The notes beneath the pieces were generated by a model, which saw only the letters and a program-made list of their open reading frames with translations, did not search any database and was not told the origin of the DNA. DNA of 64,000 nucleotides from NCBI GenBank assembly GCA_963750165.1, contig CAVVPN010000003.1, forward strand, positions 1,984,001 through 2,048,000, read 5' to 3'. This DNA is from an uncultured Gemmataceae bacterium (GTDB lineage: Bacteria; Planctomycetota; Planctomycetia; Gemmatales; Gemmataceae). Shown here piece after piece: positions 31,301-40,242 of this stretch. Position 1 is the first letter of the stretch. Each line of letters opens with the position of its first letter. A program made the translations under genes and the position numbers.

Positions 31301-32578
31301 TTACGGGCTTTTCGCCGGCAGGGCAGGTCGCGGTCCCCACCCCTGTCCTTCCAGCCACGATAGCCCAAGGAAGAGCACCAGGCACCCGGCCACGTACTCC
31401 ACGAAGACTTCCGTCAACAACTGTTCGCGCGACCAGACCACGCTGAATCCGATGAGGAGGGCGAGGGTGACCGCCAGGGCCCCGATCGTGCGACCCCACG
31501 CCGGACGCGCCCGCTCCAAGAGATGGGCCATCATCCCGTAGACCGCCGCCCCCCGAAGCGGGGCCAACCCGGCGAAGCCAAAGGGCCAGGCCAAGGCCTT
31601 GGCCGGCTCGATGTCCTCGTGCCGGAGCAGGCCGAGGAGAACAAGTCCCACCCCTTCGCTGGCCACGAGGGCCCAGAGCAGCGCGGCGGCTTCTCGCCAC
31701 GGGCGGCCGTCGTACCACAATCGCAGCATGAAAAGAGCCACGACCGCAACCACGGCGGGGAGGCTTCCCAGATAGCTCCCACCGGTCGCCACGGCGTCGA
31801 GCCACGGGACGTGACGGTCCGCGATCCATTCCTTGACGTGCCGGTCCTCATTCGACGGCTCGGCGTGACGCTCGGCCACGATCACGACCACCGCCAGGCA
31901 GACCACGACGAGGACTGCCGCGACGACCCCTTGCCAGACCTGGGAGCGGAGCAGGCCATCCCACGAGCCTGCCGGCAGCCGCCGGACACGCCGCCACAGG
32001 TAGGGCAGCCCGAGAAGGACTATCGCGCAGCCCAGGATGATCAGCCCACCCCGGCCCAGCCACTTGTGGAGGACGTCCCAGCTCTGCCCGCAATAGTAGC
32101 CAAGCAAGGACATGCTCACGGCCCAGGCCACCGCGCCCCCCACGTTGGCCAGGAGGAAGCGCGGCCAGGCCATCCCCGAAGTACCCGCGGCCAACGCTGC
32201 CACCACCCGCAGACCGGCGATGAACCGGGAGAAGAAGATGGTCAACGTACCGTAGTGCTCGAAGTAGCCCTCGACAACCTGTAGGGTCCGGGGTGTCAGG
32301 AAGAGGAAGCGCTTGCTCTGCTGGAGCCGGCGCCGGGCCCAGCGCCGCCCGAGCCAGAAGCCCAGGTTGTCGCCCAGCACGGCGGCGATCGCGGTGACGA
32401 CCATGACGCAGACGAGGGAGAGCGGCGAGCCGGACCGGCTGGCGAGCAGGCTGGCCAACAGGACGGCGGTCTCGCCTGGTACCGGCAGCCCGGCGCTTTC
32501 CGCCAATACGGCGGCGAAGAGGACAGGGTAGCCATAGAGGCTGAGCCACCCAGCCAGGGCCTGGAAGTTCTCATCCAC
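31301..32578 (-). CDS. DedA family membrane protein with degenerate PAP2-like C-terminus, copy 1
   Basis: AESAGLPVPGETAV, GDNLGFWLGR, RFIAGLR; GTG start. Confidence 0.88.
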   Translation of the reverse strand: MDENFQALAGWLSLYGYPVLFAAVLAESAGLPVPGETAVLLASLLASRSGSPLSLVCVMVVTAIAAVLGDNLGFWLGRRWARRRLQQSKRFLFLTPRTLQVVEGYFEHYGTLTIFFSRFIAGLRVVAALAAGTSGMAWPRFLLANVGGAVAWAVSMSLLGYYCGQSWDVLHKWLGRGGLIILGCAIVLLGLPYLWRRVRRLPAGSWDGLLRSQVWQGVVAAVLVVVCLAVVVIVAERHAEPSNEDRHVKEWIADRHVPWLDAVATGGSYLGSLPAVVAVVALFMLRLWYDGRPWREAAALLWALVASEGVGLVLLGLLRHEDIEPAKALAWPFGFAGLAPLRGAAVYGMMAHLLERARPAWGRTIGALAVTLALLIGFSVVWSREQLLTEVFVEYVAGCLVLFLGLSWLEGQGWGPRPALPAKSP

Positions 32579-32600
32579 GGGTTTCCCCTTCGATCGGACC

Positions 32601-32858
32601 CTACCGCCTCTGCGGCGCCGCCCCAAACCACTGAATCAGACCGCAGTTGTCGCACATCAAGTTCGTGACTTTCTTCTCCGTCGCCCAGTTGAGGTGAGCG
32701 AACGAGATGCCCACGGTACTCAGCAGGGCCGAACCCTCAATGAGTTCTTCGGCATGGCAGTGAGGGCAGCGCACCGGAAGTCCACCGGCGACGAACCGGC
32801 TCGGACCTGGGTGGACGGCCGCATTCACATCCTGCGTGATCTCGTGCCAGATGCTCAT
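32601..32858 (-). CDS. Small Zn-ribbon protein
   Basis: CPHC...CDNCG. Confidence 0.65.
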   Translation of the reverse strand: MSIWHEITQDVNAAVHPGPSRFVAGGLPVRCPHCHAEELIEGSALLSTVGISFAHLNWATEKKVTNLMCDNCGLIQWFGAAPQRR

Positions 32859-32914
32859 GGGGTTTCTCTCTTCTTAGTTCATGCCTTGCCCGGCCACCCC
32901 GAGCCTCTCCGCCA

Positions 32915-33291
32915 TCATCCTTGGACGACCAGCAGGTCTGCATGGATCCACGCTTCGGCCTGCTCAGCCTCGCTAGTGCGGTCGAAGTACCGGATCGTGG
33001 CGGTGGTAAAAGGCTTGCAGAACACGGTCATGCCGTGCTCCCACGCTTTCTCGCCAACCAGAGCGAGGCGTTCGATGTCACGGAAGTGCTTCAGATCGAA
33101 CTTGATGTCCTGCCAGAGCGCACCGCCGTCCAGCCGTGGAAATCGTGCATTTGAACCAGCATCCGCAGCTTGCCGTGCTGCTTGACCAGACGCTCCACTT
33201 CCGGGATGAAACGCTCGTAGTCATCCTTTGTGAGCTTGCCCGTGAGGTTGATCACCAGAATCTTCCCATCCTCGTGCAAATCAACTGACAT
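32915..33291 (-). pseudogene. SpoIIAA-like (STAS/SEC14) protein, frameshift near 33122
   Basis: TGKLTKDDYE...DFHGWTA, then ALWQDIKFDLKHFRDIERLALVGEKAWE in another frame. Confidence 0.8.
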
Positions 33292-33348
33292 GACTCATCT
33301 CCTCAAATGCTTTGAAATCCCGTATCACACGTGATCACCGTAGCGCGG

Positions 33349-33573
33349 CTAACACACCTCGATCTCGTTTGCCAGGATAGGCAGGTCTGTTATTTCCATG
33401 ACTAAATGTTGGGCGAGTTGCTTGGCATGGTAGGTGCGCGCACTCCCGTGAAGGACAACCCCGTCGTTTCGACACAACACCCGAAGCTGACGAACGCGTG
33501 AGCCCAACCGAGTCTGAAGATGCGTCGCAAGCCGGGTTTCCTTTTCCGAGGTTCTGTCATCTACGTCTGTCAT
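33349..33573 (-). CDS. BON-domain-like small protein
   Basis: GVVLHGSARTYHAKQLAQH...LANEIEV. Confidence 0.7.
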   Translation of the reverse strand: MTDVDDRTSEKETRLATHLQTRLGSRVRQLRVLCRNDGVVLHGSARTYHAKQLAQHLVMEITDLPILANEIEVC

Positions 33574-33669
33574 CGTGATCTCCGTAGCGAAGTCCCTGGA
33601 GAATCTGTCCGGACTCCTCGAACTCGTGGGCCGACCGTCAGCCGGCCCACGAAGTGTCGCCTGGGAGCA

Positions 33670-33948
33670 CTACGCCTTGGTGGCCATCGCCGGAATATGC
33701 TTTCCGGATTCGATGGCCGTCGCCACGGTCTTGTCGTCCTTGGACGTGGTCACACGGACGCACGTCCCCGCCTTCAGGTCCGCGGCCTTGCTGGCCTTAC
33801 CGTCACAGGTCACCTTGGCGTCCTTGGCCATCGTGTGACAGTGCTGTTTGCCTTCGTTGCACGTCGTCGTGAGCTTGTCGCCTGCCACGCTGACGACTTT
33901 GCCTTCGTGCGTCTTGCCGTCGTGCGTCTTCGCGCAAGTTTCCGTCAT
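33670..33948 (-). CDS. Small beta-barrel hypothetical protein
   Basis: THEGKVVSVAGDKL...DAKVTCDGK..KAADLKAG; AAGGAG upstream. Confidence 0.7.
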   Translation of the reverse strand: MTETCAKTHDGKTHEGKVVSVAGDKLTTTCNEGKQHCHTMAKDAKVTCDGKASKAADLKAGTCVRVTTSKDDKTVATAIESGKHIPAMATKA

Positions 33949-34200
33949 AACAGTCTCCTTGAATGTGAAACGAACCCTTCGAGCAGACGCAACATGCGGC
34001 CGCCCAGACCAATGTGTGCCTCGTTGCGGGAGGGACAGCGGCGAGTCACCTCGCGAGTGCTGCCCATTTCGACCAGAGGCGGTCGAATTCAACCGCCACG
34101 CGTACGAGACGACGATGTCGTTCGGGACGCTGTTGACGCCTCGCCACGCGAAGGGCAGGCCCGGATGTTCCGGGCCTGCGGTGCATCGTTTCCCGATCTC

Positions 34201-34626
34201 TTACGCCGGCGCGGCTACTGGCGCTTTGGGCTGTTGGCCAGCCGGTGCCTTCCCACTAACGCGCGCAGCTGCCGGCAGCTCCCCTCCAGTTGCAATTGTT
34301 TTGGGCTTGGTTTCCGCGGCTCCCGATTTGATGGCGACTTTCACAGCATCTTCCATCGGATCTTTGAAGGGCACCTCGATCCGGAGGAGGCCGTTCTCGT
34401 AGGTCGCTTCGGCCTTGCCAGGCTTGACCGCCCAACCTAAAGCCAGTGCTGCAACATACTCGATGTCCCGTGCTGGCGCTGTCAGGTGAACGCTGTCTTC
34501 CAGGATCTTCACATCGATGGTATCCGATGGCGCTCCTGGGATGGCGAACTCCACAACCAGCTTGTGGTTCTCGCCGTCAGCATACGCCACGGTATCGGGC
34601 GCAACCTTCATTTGAAATTTCGGCAT
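34201..34626 (-). CDS. Hsp20/alpha-crystallin family protein
   Basis: AEATYENGLLRIEVP. Confidence 0.8.
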   Translation of the reverse strand: MPKFQMKVAPDTVAYADGENHKLVVEFAIPGAPSDTIDVKILEDSVHLTAPARDIEYVAALALGWAVKPGKAEATYENGLLRIEVPFKDPMEDAVKVAIKSGAAETKPKTIATGGELPAAARVSGKAPAGQQPKAPVAAPA

Positions 34627-34715
34627 TTTGACACTCTCCTTTTGGGTAACTGTTTACACACGATGCATGTGAACTTGTGGGGGTCTCCAGTTTGTGGCCC
34701 CCTCCAGAGGGACGG

Positions 34716-35474
34716 TTACTTCTTGCTAACCGCGAGCTTGAAATCGTGCTCAGCATCAGGACCATTGGACGGGTGTCCTGTGACTTTGATCGTGAAGTCG
34801 CCCGTGGCAGCATCGTCCGCAACCTTGACCATCAGTTTTGCTTCGGTCTCTCCGTGCTTGATGATCGGAGCGGCGGGATCGATGGTAACCCCTTTGGGCA
34901 TGTCGTCGAACTTGAGCGCGACGTCCTCGTCAAAGTGCTTATCGCGCTTGATGCTGATCGAGACCTCTTTCCTCTCACCCTGCTTGAGTCCGGTGGACGA
35001 AGATGGCACACTCAGTGTAAACGTGTCTTTCTTCTCCACGCTGATTTTGAATTCATTGGCGGCGTCAGCGCCCTTGGTCGGGTGGCCCGTCACCTTGACC
35101 ATAAAGTCACCCAGGGAGGCGTTCTGCCCGGCTTTAAGCATCAATTTCGCTTCCGTCTCCCCGTGCTTGATGACGGGAGCGGCGGGATCGATGGTAACCC
35201 CTTTGGGCAGCTCGTTGAACTTGAGCGTGACATCCTGGTCGAAGTTCTTGCCCCGCTTCAAGCTGATAACGACTTTGGCCGTCTCTCCCTGCTTGACGGT
35301 GGTTGAGTTGAGAGGCAGGTTGGAAGGCACGCTCAGATCGAACGTGTTGTCTGCTTCTCCATAGAGAGGTTTCTTTTGGTCCGAGCCGGCTCCCGGACCT
35401 CCCGGAGTGCCCTTATCGCAACCAGTAAGGGAGACCAGCGCCAGCACCAACAACACGGTTAATGAACTCTTCAT
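34716..35474 (-). CDS. Lipoprotein with two Ig-like repeats
   Basis: Lipobox LTGC; KQGE...PKGVTIDPAAP.IKHGETEAKLM occurs twice. Confidence 0.8.
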   Translation of the reverse strand: MKSSLTVLLVLALVSLTGCDKGTPGGPGAGSDQKKPLYGEADNTFDLSVPSNLPLNSTTVKQGETAKVVISLKRGKNFDQDVTLKFNELPKGVTIDPAAPVIKHGETEAKLMLKAGQNASLGDFMVKVTGHPTKGADAANEFKISVEKKDTFTLSVPSSSTGLKQGERKEVSISIKRDKHFDEDVALKFDDMPKGVTIDPAAPIIKHGETEAKLMVKVADDAATGDFTIKVTGHPSNGPDAEHDFKLAVSKK

Positions 35475-35629
35475 ACGGAAGCACCTTTCTGAACGCCGGA
35501 GCCGCATGTATTCACTATGTGTGAGATCCACGGGGCTCCGTAACAAGGTCGTTAGGAACAGCAAGTAGAAACTGAGATAACGCGGATTGCGTGGAGGGCT
35601 GGGGCCACCCGCCATTCGCTGCCATGCGG

Positions 35630-35791
35630 TTAGATTCTCCCCATGAGGACAAACACCAGGACGATCACCAGGATCAGTCCCAGGCCTCCGGTTGGCCCGT
35701 AACCCCAATTCCGGCTATGCCCCCAGGTCGGCAAGGCTCCCAGGATAAGCATGACCAGGAAGACCATCAGAATGATGCCTAGCAAAGACAT
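35630..35791 (-). CDS. DUF3309 family small membrane protein
   Basis: Manual translation MSLLGIILMVFLVMLILGALPTWGHSRNWGYGPTGGLGLILVIVLVFVLMGRI; too short for the ORF track. Confidence 0.85.
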   Translation of the reverse strand: MSLLGIILMVFLVMLILGALPTWGHSRNWGYGPTGGLGLILVIVLVFVLMGRI

Positions 35792-35836
35792 GAGAGATAC
35801 CTTTCATCGGTTAGAGAGTCCCCATAACACACCGCC

Positions 35837-36238
35837 CTAACGAACGCCATGTCGATGGCCTCGTTCCCCGTGATTCTGGAACATCCTGTTGTTGTCCCGG
35901 TAGTGGCTGTCCACGCTCGCCTGGCTCTCCTTGACGGCCTTCTCGGCGTCCAGCCTTTCATGCTCGTGACGCGCCTCCGAGCCGACCCGCCGGTCGGAGT
36001 TCTCATTCTTTCCTTCCACCAACTCTTGCTCCGCTTCCAGCCAGAACTGGACACCGTCCCCGGTCGGCTGTCCGGCGGCCTCCCATTTCTGGTAGGCACA
36101 AAGCCGAATGGCCTCCTCCGAAACCAACATTCCATGGTGGTTGTTGTCGCAGGAGGCAACGGCTGCCTTCATCGGAGTCGTCGATTGGTCTGGATGAGCG
36201 TCTGCCGGGACTGCATGTTTGTGGTGGCGTTTGGTCAT
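35837..36238 (-). CDS. DUF2934 domain protein
   Basis: EEAIRLCAYQKWEAAGQPTGDGVQFWLEAEQEL. Confidence 0.8.
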   Translation of the reverse strand: MTKRHHKHAVPADAHPDQSTTPMKAAVASCDNNHHGMLVSEEAIRLCAYQKWEAAGQPTGDGVQFWLEAEQELVEGKNENSDRRVGSEARHEHERLDAEKAVKESQASVDSHYRDNNRMFQNHGERGHRHGVR

Positions 36239-36275
36239 GATTTCGCTCCTTTGATCCCGAGAATAGCTGGAGTTG

Positions 36276-36788
36276 TTACTGTTGCGAATCCACGTGTCTG
36301 GTCTTGCTGTGCCGGTCCGCATCCTGGCTATGGTCGTGCGCGGAGGCAGCCTGCTTCGGGGCATTGACATCAAGATCGCCCGGTGCATTGCCGCTCCACG
36401 TTTCTGGAGGAGCACTGCCAGCCAGTTGGAAGACTTGCACAACATTACCGGTCGTGAACGCCTGCACGACGGCACCGCTTTTCGGCTCGATTTCCGCAGT
36501 CGCCTCGCGCACGTCCATCCCGGTGATTCTTCTGATCTCCTGCCGCAACGAGTCAGAGGAGTTGGCGAACAGTTGTCGGTGGAACTCCTGCATCTGAGCG
36601 GCACCTTCCGGAGTCTTGGCCAGGTTTCTTTCGGCCGGCGACAAGGCATCGTGAAGCGTGATCACCAGGGTTCCCTCGCTCAGGACCACGGTCACGGATT
36701 TGGGCACGTGGTTGCCCGTTCGTCGCTGCTCGAAAGCGATAGCCGCCTGGGCAATCTGTTGCGCCATGGTTGATTTGGCCCTGTCCAC
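36276..36788 (-). CDS. DUF2294 (MpsC-like) protein, divergent subtype; first gene after leader copy 3
   Basis: AFEQRRTGNHVPKSVTVVLSEGTLVITLHDALSPAERNL...IRRITG. Confidence 0.8.
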   Translation of the reverse strand: MDRAKSTMAQQIAQAAIAFEQRRTGNHVPKSVTVVLSEGTLVITLHDALSPAERNLAKTPEGAAQMQEFHRQLFANSSDSLRQEIRRITGMDVREATAEIEPKSGAVVQAFTTGNVVQVFQLAGSAPPETWSGNAPGDLDVNAPKQAASAHDHSQDADRHSKTRHVDSQQ

Positions 36789-36836
36789 TGAGGTTCCCCC
36801 TTCGTCCCCGGCAACCGTCGAGTACCACCGCGAGCG

Positions 36837-37004
36837 AAAAAAAAAGCCGGCGTGGCCGAACACCCCAAGGTATTCGACCACGCCGGCTTACTCGTCTGAC
36901 GGACCCCTCGGCACGGCCGGGTTGTCGTTCAGCTAGTCTTCCGACAAGATCAACCGAAGTCTTTTGCGGAGCCGGTAAAGAACCGAAACTCCCCTTCACC
37001 CTTT
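36837..37004 (-). ncRNA. Putative cis-regulatory leader RNA with intrinsic terminator, copy 3 (diverged)
   Basis: Stem 36844-36860/36873-36889 plus U9; its mismatch reads as G-U only on the minus strand. Confidence 0.7.
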
Positions 37005-37033
37005 AATGTACGCCTCGCGACGGGGAACGACAA
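37005..37033 (-). promoter_or_regulatory. sigma70-like promoter of leader copy 3
   Basis: TTGTCG-17 bp-TACATT. Confidence 0.55.
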
Positions 37034-37191
37034 GGGGAAGGCCGGGAAGGCCGGTGGATCATCGCCCCGCGCCCGGTATCATCATCCCTGGGACGGTCCG
37101 GGAACCGCAGGCCCGCATGCTCCTGCCGTGCCGTCCAGGCCCGGCGCTCGCGCGGGTGCCGAACAGGACTCGGAACGATTTGGAAGTTGCC

Positions 37192-37572
37192 ATGAAGACG
37201 CAGGGGGAAATCGAAGCCGGCATCTGCGAAGGGATGACGCGGTTTGAGCAGGAATACATGGGCCGGGGGCCCAAGGACATTCACGCCCACCTGATCGGTG
37301 ACCTGCTCGTGGTCCGCCTCCAGGGCGTCCTGACCGCAGCCGAACGGCAACTGGTCAAGACGCTGCCGACCGAAAAGGGGCGGAACCTGCTCAAAGAAGT
37401 CCGCACGCAGCTGATGGAAACGGCGCGACCGGTCCTGGAAGCGCTGGTCCAGGAGGTCACTGGCGTCAAGGCATTGAGCCTGCACCACGACATCAGCACC
37501 GTTACCGGCGAAGAGGTCGTGCTCTTCACCCTGTCCGGATCGCCTGCGTTCTGCGAAATGAAGAAGAAATAA
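37192..37572 (+). CDS. DUF2294 (MpsC-like) protein
   Basis: MKTQGEIEAGICEG..FEQEYMGRGPK...LHHDISTVTGEEVVLF. Confidence 0.9.
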   Translation: MKTQGEIEAGICEGMTRFEQEYMGRGPKDIHAHLIGDLLVVRLQGVLTAAERQLVKTLPTEKGRNLLKEVRTQLMETARPVLEALVQEVTGVKALSLHHDISTVTGEEVVLFTLSGSPAFCEMKKK

Positions 37573-37592
37573 GGCCCTCTGGGCGGCGTCGC

Positions 37593-38870
37593 TTACGGGC
37601 TTTTCGCCGGCAGGGCAGGTCGGGGTCCCCACCCCTGCCCTTCCAGCCACCACAGCCCGAGGAAGAGCACCAGGCCCCCCGCCACGTACTCCACGAGGAC
37701 TTCCGTCAACAGCTGTTCGTGCGACCAGACCACGCTGAATCCGATGAGGAAGGCGAGGGTGACCGCCAGGGCGCCGACCGTGCGACCCCACGCCGGGAGT
37801 GGCCGCTGGAAGAGATGTGCCATCATCCCGTAGACCGCCGCCCCTCGGAGCGGGGCCAACCCGGCGAAGCCAAAGGGCCAGGCCAGGGCCTTGGCCGGCT
37901 CGACGTCCTCGTGCCGGAGCAGGCCGAGGAGAACAAGTCCCACCCCTTCGCTCGCCACGAGGGCCCACAAGAGCGCGACCGCCTCCCGCCACGGGCGACC
38001 GTCCTGCCACAACCGCACCATGAAGAGCGCCACGACGGCAGCAACGGCGGGGAGGCTCCCCAGATAGCTCCCCCCGGTCGCCATGGCGTCCAGCCACGGA
38101 ACGTGCCGGTCCGCGATCCATTGCTCGACCTGCCGGTCCTCATTCGGCGGCGCGGGGTGACGCTCGGCCAGCATCACGATCACCTCCAGGCAGACCACGA
38201 CGAGGACTGCCGCGACGACCCCTTGCCAGACCTGGGAGCGGAGCAGGCGGTCCCATGAGCCGGCCGGCAGCCGCTGGACACGCCGCCACAGGTAGGGCAG
38301 CCCGAGAAGGAGGACCGCGCAGCCCAAGAGGATCAGCCCACCCCGGCCCAGCCACTTGTGCAGGGCGTGCCAGCTCTGCCCGCAGTAGTAACCCAGTAAA
38401 GACATGCTCACGGCCCAGGCCACCGCGCCCCCCGCGTTGGCCAGGAGGAAGCGCGGCCAGGCCATCCGCGAGGTGCCGGCGGCCAGCGCTGCCACCACGC
38501 GCAGCCCGGCGATGAACCGGGCGAAGAAGATGGTCAAGGTGCCGTAGTGCTCGAAGTAGCCCTCGACAACCAGCAAGGTTCGGGGGGTCAGGAAAAGGAA
38601 GCGCTTGCCCTGCTGAAGCCGGCGCCGAGCCCAGCGCCGCCCGAGCCAGAAGCCCAGGTTGTCGCCCAGCACGGCGGCGACGGCGGCGACGACCATGACC
38701 CAGACGAGGGAGAGCGGCGAGCCGGGCCGGCTGGCGAGCAGGCCGGCCAGAAGGACGGCGGTCTCACCGGGTACTGGCAGCCCGGCGGTTTCTGCGAGTA
38801 CGGCGGCAAAGAGGATAGGGTAGCCATAGAGGCTGAGCCACCCGGCCAGGGCCTGGAAGATCTCATCCAC
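37593..38870 (-). CDS. DedA family membrane protein with degenerate PAP2-like C-terminus, copy 2
   Basis: Close paralogue of 31301-32578. Confidence 0.88.
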   Translation of the reverse strand: MDEIFQALAGWLSLYGYPILFAAVLAETAGLPVPGETAVLLAGLLASRPGSPLSLVWVMVVAAVAAVLGDNLGFWLGRRWARRRLQQGKRFLFLTPRTLLVVEGYFEHYGTLTIFFARFIAGLRVVAALAAGTSRMAWPRFLLANAGGAVAWAVSMSLLGYYCGQSWHALHKWLGRGGLILLGCAVLLLGLPYLWRRVQRLPAGSWDRLLRSQVWQGVVAAVLVVVCLEVIVMLAERHPAPPNEDRQVEQWIADRHVPWLDAMATGGSYLGSLPAVAAVVALFMVRLWQDGRPWREAVALLWALVASEGVGLVLLGLLRHEDVEPAKALAWPFGFAGLAPLRGAAVYGMMAHLFQRPLPAWGRTVGALAVTLAFLIGFSVVWSHEQLLTEVLVEYVAGGLVLFLGLWWLEGQGWGPRPALPAKSP

Positions 38871-39312
38871 GGCTTCCCCTTGATCGGGCTTTCGGGAGTC
38901 TCACGATCGCGCCATTCCTTTTGCCGATGCGGACGGCGGCGGTGCGGACCTTGTCGGCGAGTTTCGTTTCGAGCAGGTCGTAATTGAAGCCGATGACGAC
39001 CAACTCGCCCTTGGGCTGTTTGGCCACGGTTTGCTCTCCGGTGCAGGCGATGGTTTTGCTGCCGTGGGCGGATACCGTTAACTGCGTCTACCTCTCTACA
39101 CATCTGCCGTTGTTTCGGCAACGCCTGGTTTTGCTTGGGGGAATCGTGGCAATTGTTCCTTCGGGTGATTTCAGAGCGCGTGAAAAGAAGACGCTTGTAT
39201 CGATGCGCCAGCTGGCGGCCCAAAGCTCGCCGTACAGAAGGGTTGACGCACCGCCTGGGAAGTCCGCAGCGGCTGTCCGACCATCAACCGTTTCAAGGCT
39301 TCCACCATGCGG

Positions 39313-40167
39313 CTACCCGAAGCGAGGCGCTCCGGCCAGGGAAAAGATGACCACTTCTTCGCCGGTCACGGTGCTGATGTCATGGTGCATACTCAACACC
39401 TTGACGCCAGTGACCTCGTGGACCAGAGATTCCAGCATCGGGCGTGCCAACTCCAGCAGTTGCTTCCGTACTTGCTTGATGAGATCCCTTCCTTTCTCCG
39501 GCGACAACGATTTGCCGAGTTGGCGTTCGGCCAGCGTCAAAACACCTTGAATGCGGACCACCAGGAGGTCTTTGATGAGATGGGTGTGGATGTGCTCCGA
39601 CCGCCATCCCAGATACTCCTCTTGAAAGCGAATGATCCCATCACAGATCGCCGCCTCGCACTCTGCTTGCGTAAGGGTTTTTGACTTGCGCTCGTTCCTG
39701 ATTCGTCGAGCTTCGTCAATCGGCAAGCGCCGCTCTGCTCCGACACCCGCACGCTCTTTCGCCCGTTTTGGCGCTTGGCCCGCACCTGAGACCGCGACAC
39801 TGGCTAAGACCGCTTTTATTTCTGTCAGAGCAACGGGCTTGACGAGGACTGCATCGCACCCGGCCTTCATCGCCGAGGATCTGTGTTCCTCGTCTTTCTG
39901 GCCTGTGATGGCCACGATTTTCGTTTGAGCGAAGGCACGAATCTGGCGAAAGCGCGTAACGAGACCACAGCCATTCATGTCAGGCATGACCAAATCGACC
40001 AGCATCAGATCCGGCCGAAATGCGGTTGCAACTTCCAGTGCCTTCGCCCCGCCATAGGTCACATGCACCTGGTTGCCGAGTTCCTCAATCAGCAAACCCA
40101 AGGCGTCAGCGCCGTCGCGGTTGTCATCAACTACGAGAACCCGAAGAGTCTTATCGGTCGCAGGCAT
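39313..40167 (-). CDS. Response regulator: receiver domain + DUF2294 output domain
   Basis: VLVVDD, LVDLVMP, AITG and LVKP, then KTLTQAECEAAICDG...HHDISTVTGEEVVIF. Confidence 0.88.
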   Translation of the reverse strand: MPATDKTLRVLVVDDNRDGADALGLLIEELGNQVHVTYGGAKALEVATAFRPDLMLVDLVMPDMNGCGLVTRFRQIRAFAQTKIVAITGQKDEEHRSSAMKAGCDAVLVKPVALTEIKAVLASVAVSGAGQAPKRAKERAGVGAERRLPIDEARRIRNERKSKTLTQAECEAAICDGIIRFQEEYLGWRSEHIHTHLIKDLLVVRIQGVLTLAERQLGKSLSPEKGRDLIKQVRKQLLELARPMLESLVHEVTGVKVLSMHHDISTVTGEEVVIFSLAGAPRFG

Positions 40168-40242
40168 AAGGTCCTTTCCTTTCGCGAGCCTACGGCTTTG
40201 GTGATGCCAGAACCGCAAGTCATCATCGCCGCTCCGTGGGCA

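Noticed and set aside
38880..39030. Possible DUF3102-like remnant (IGFNYDLLETKLADKVRTAA)
   Set aside because: Too short to support without a search.
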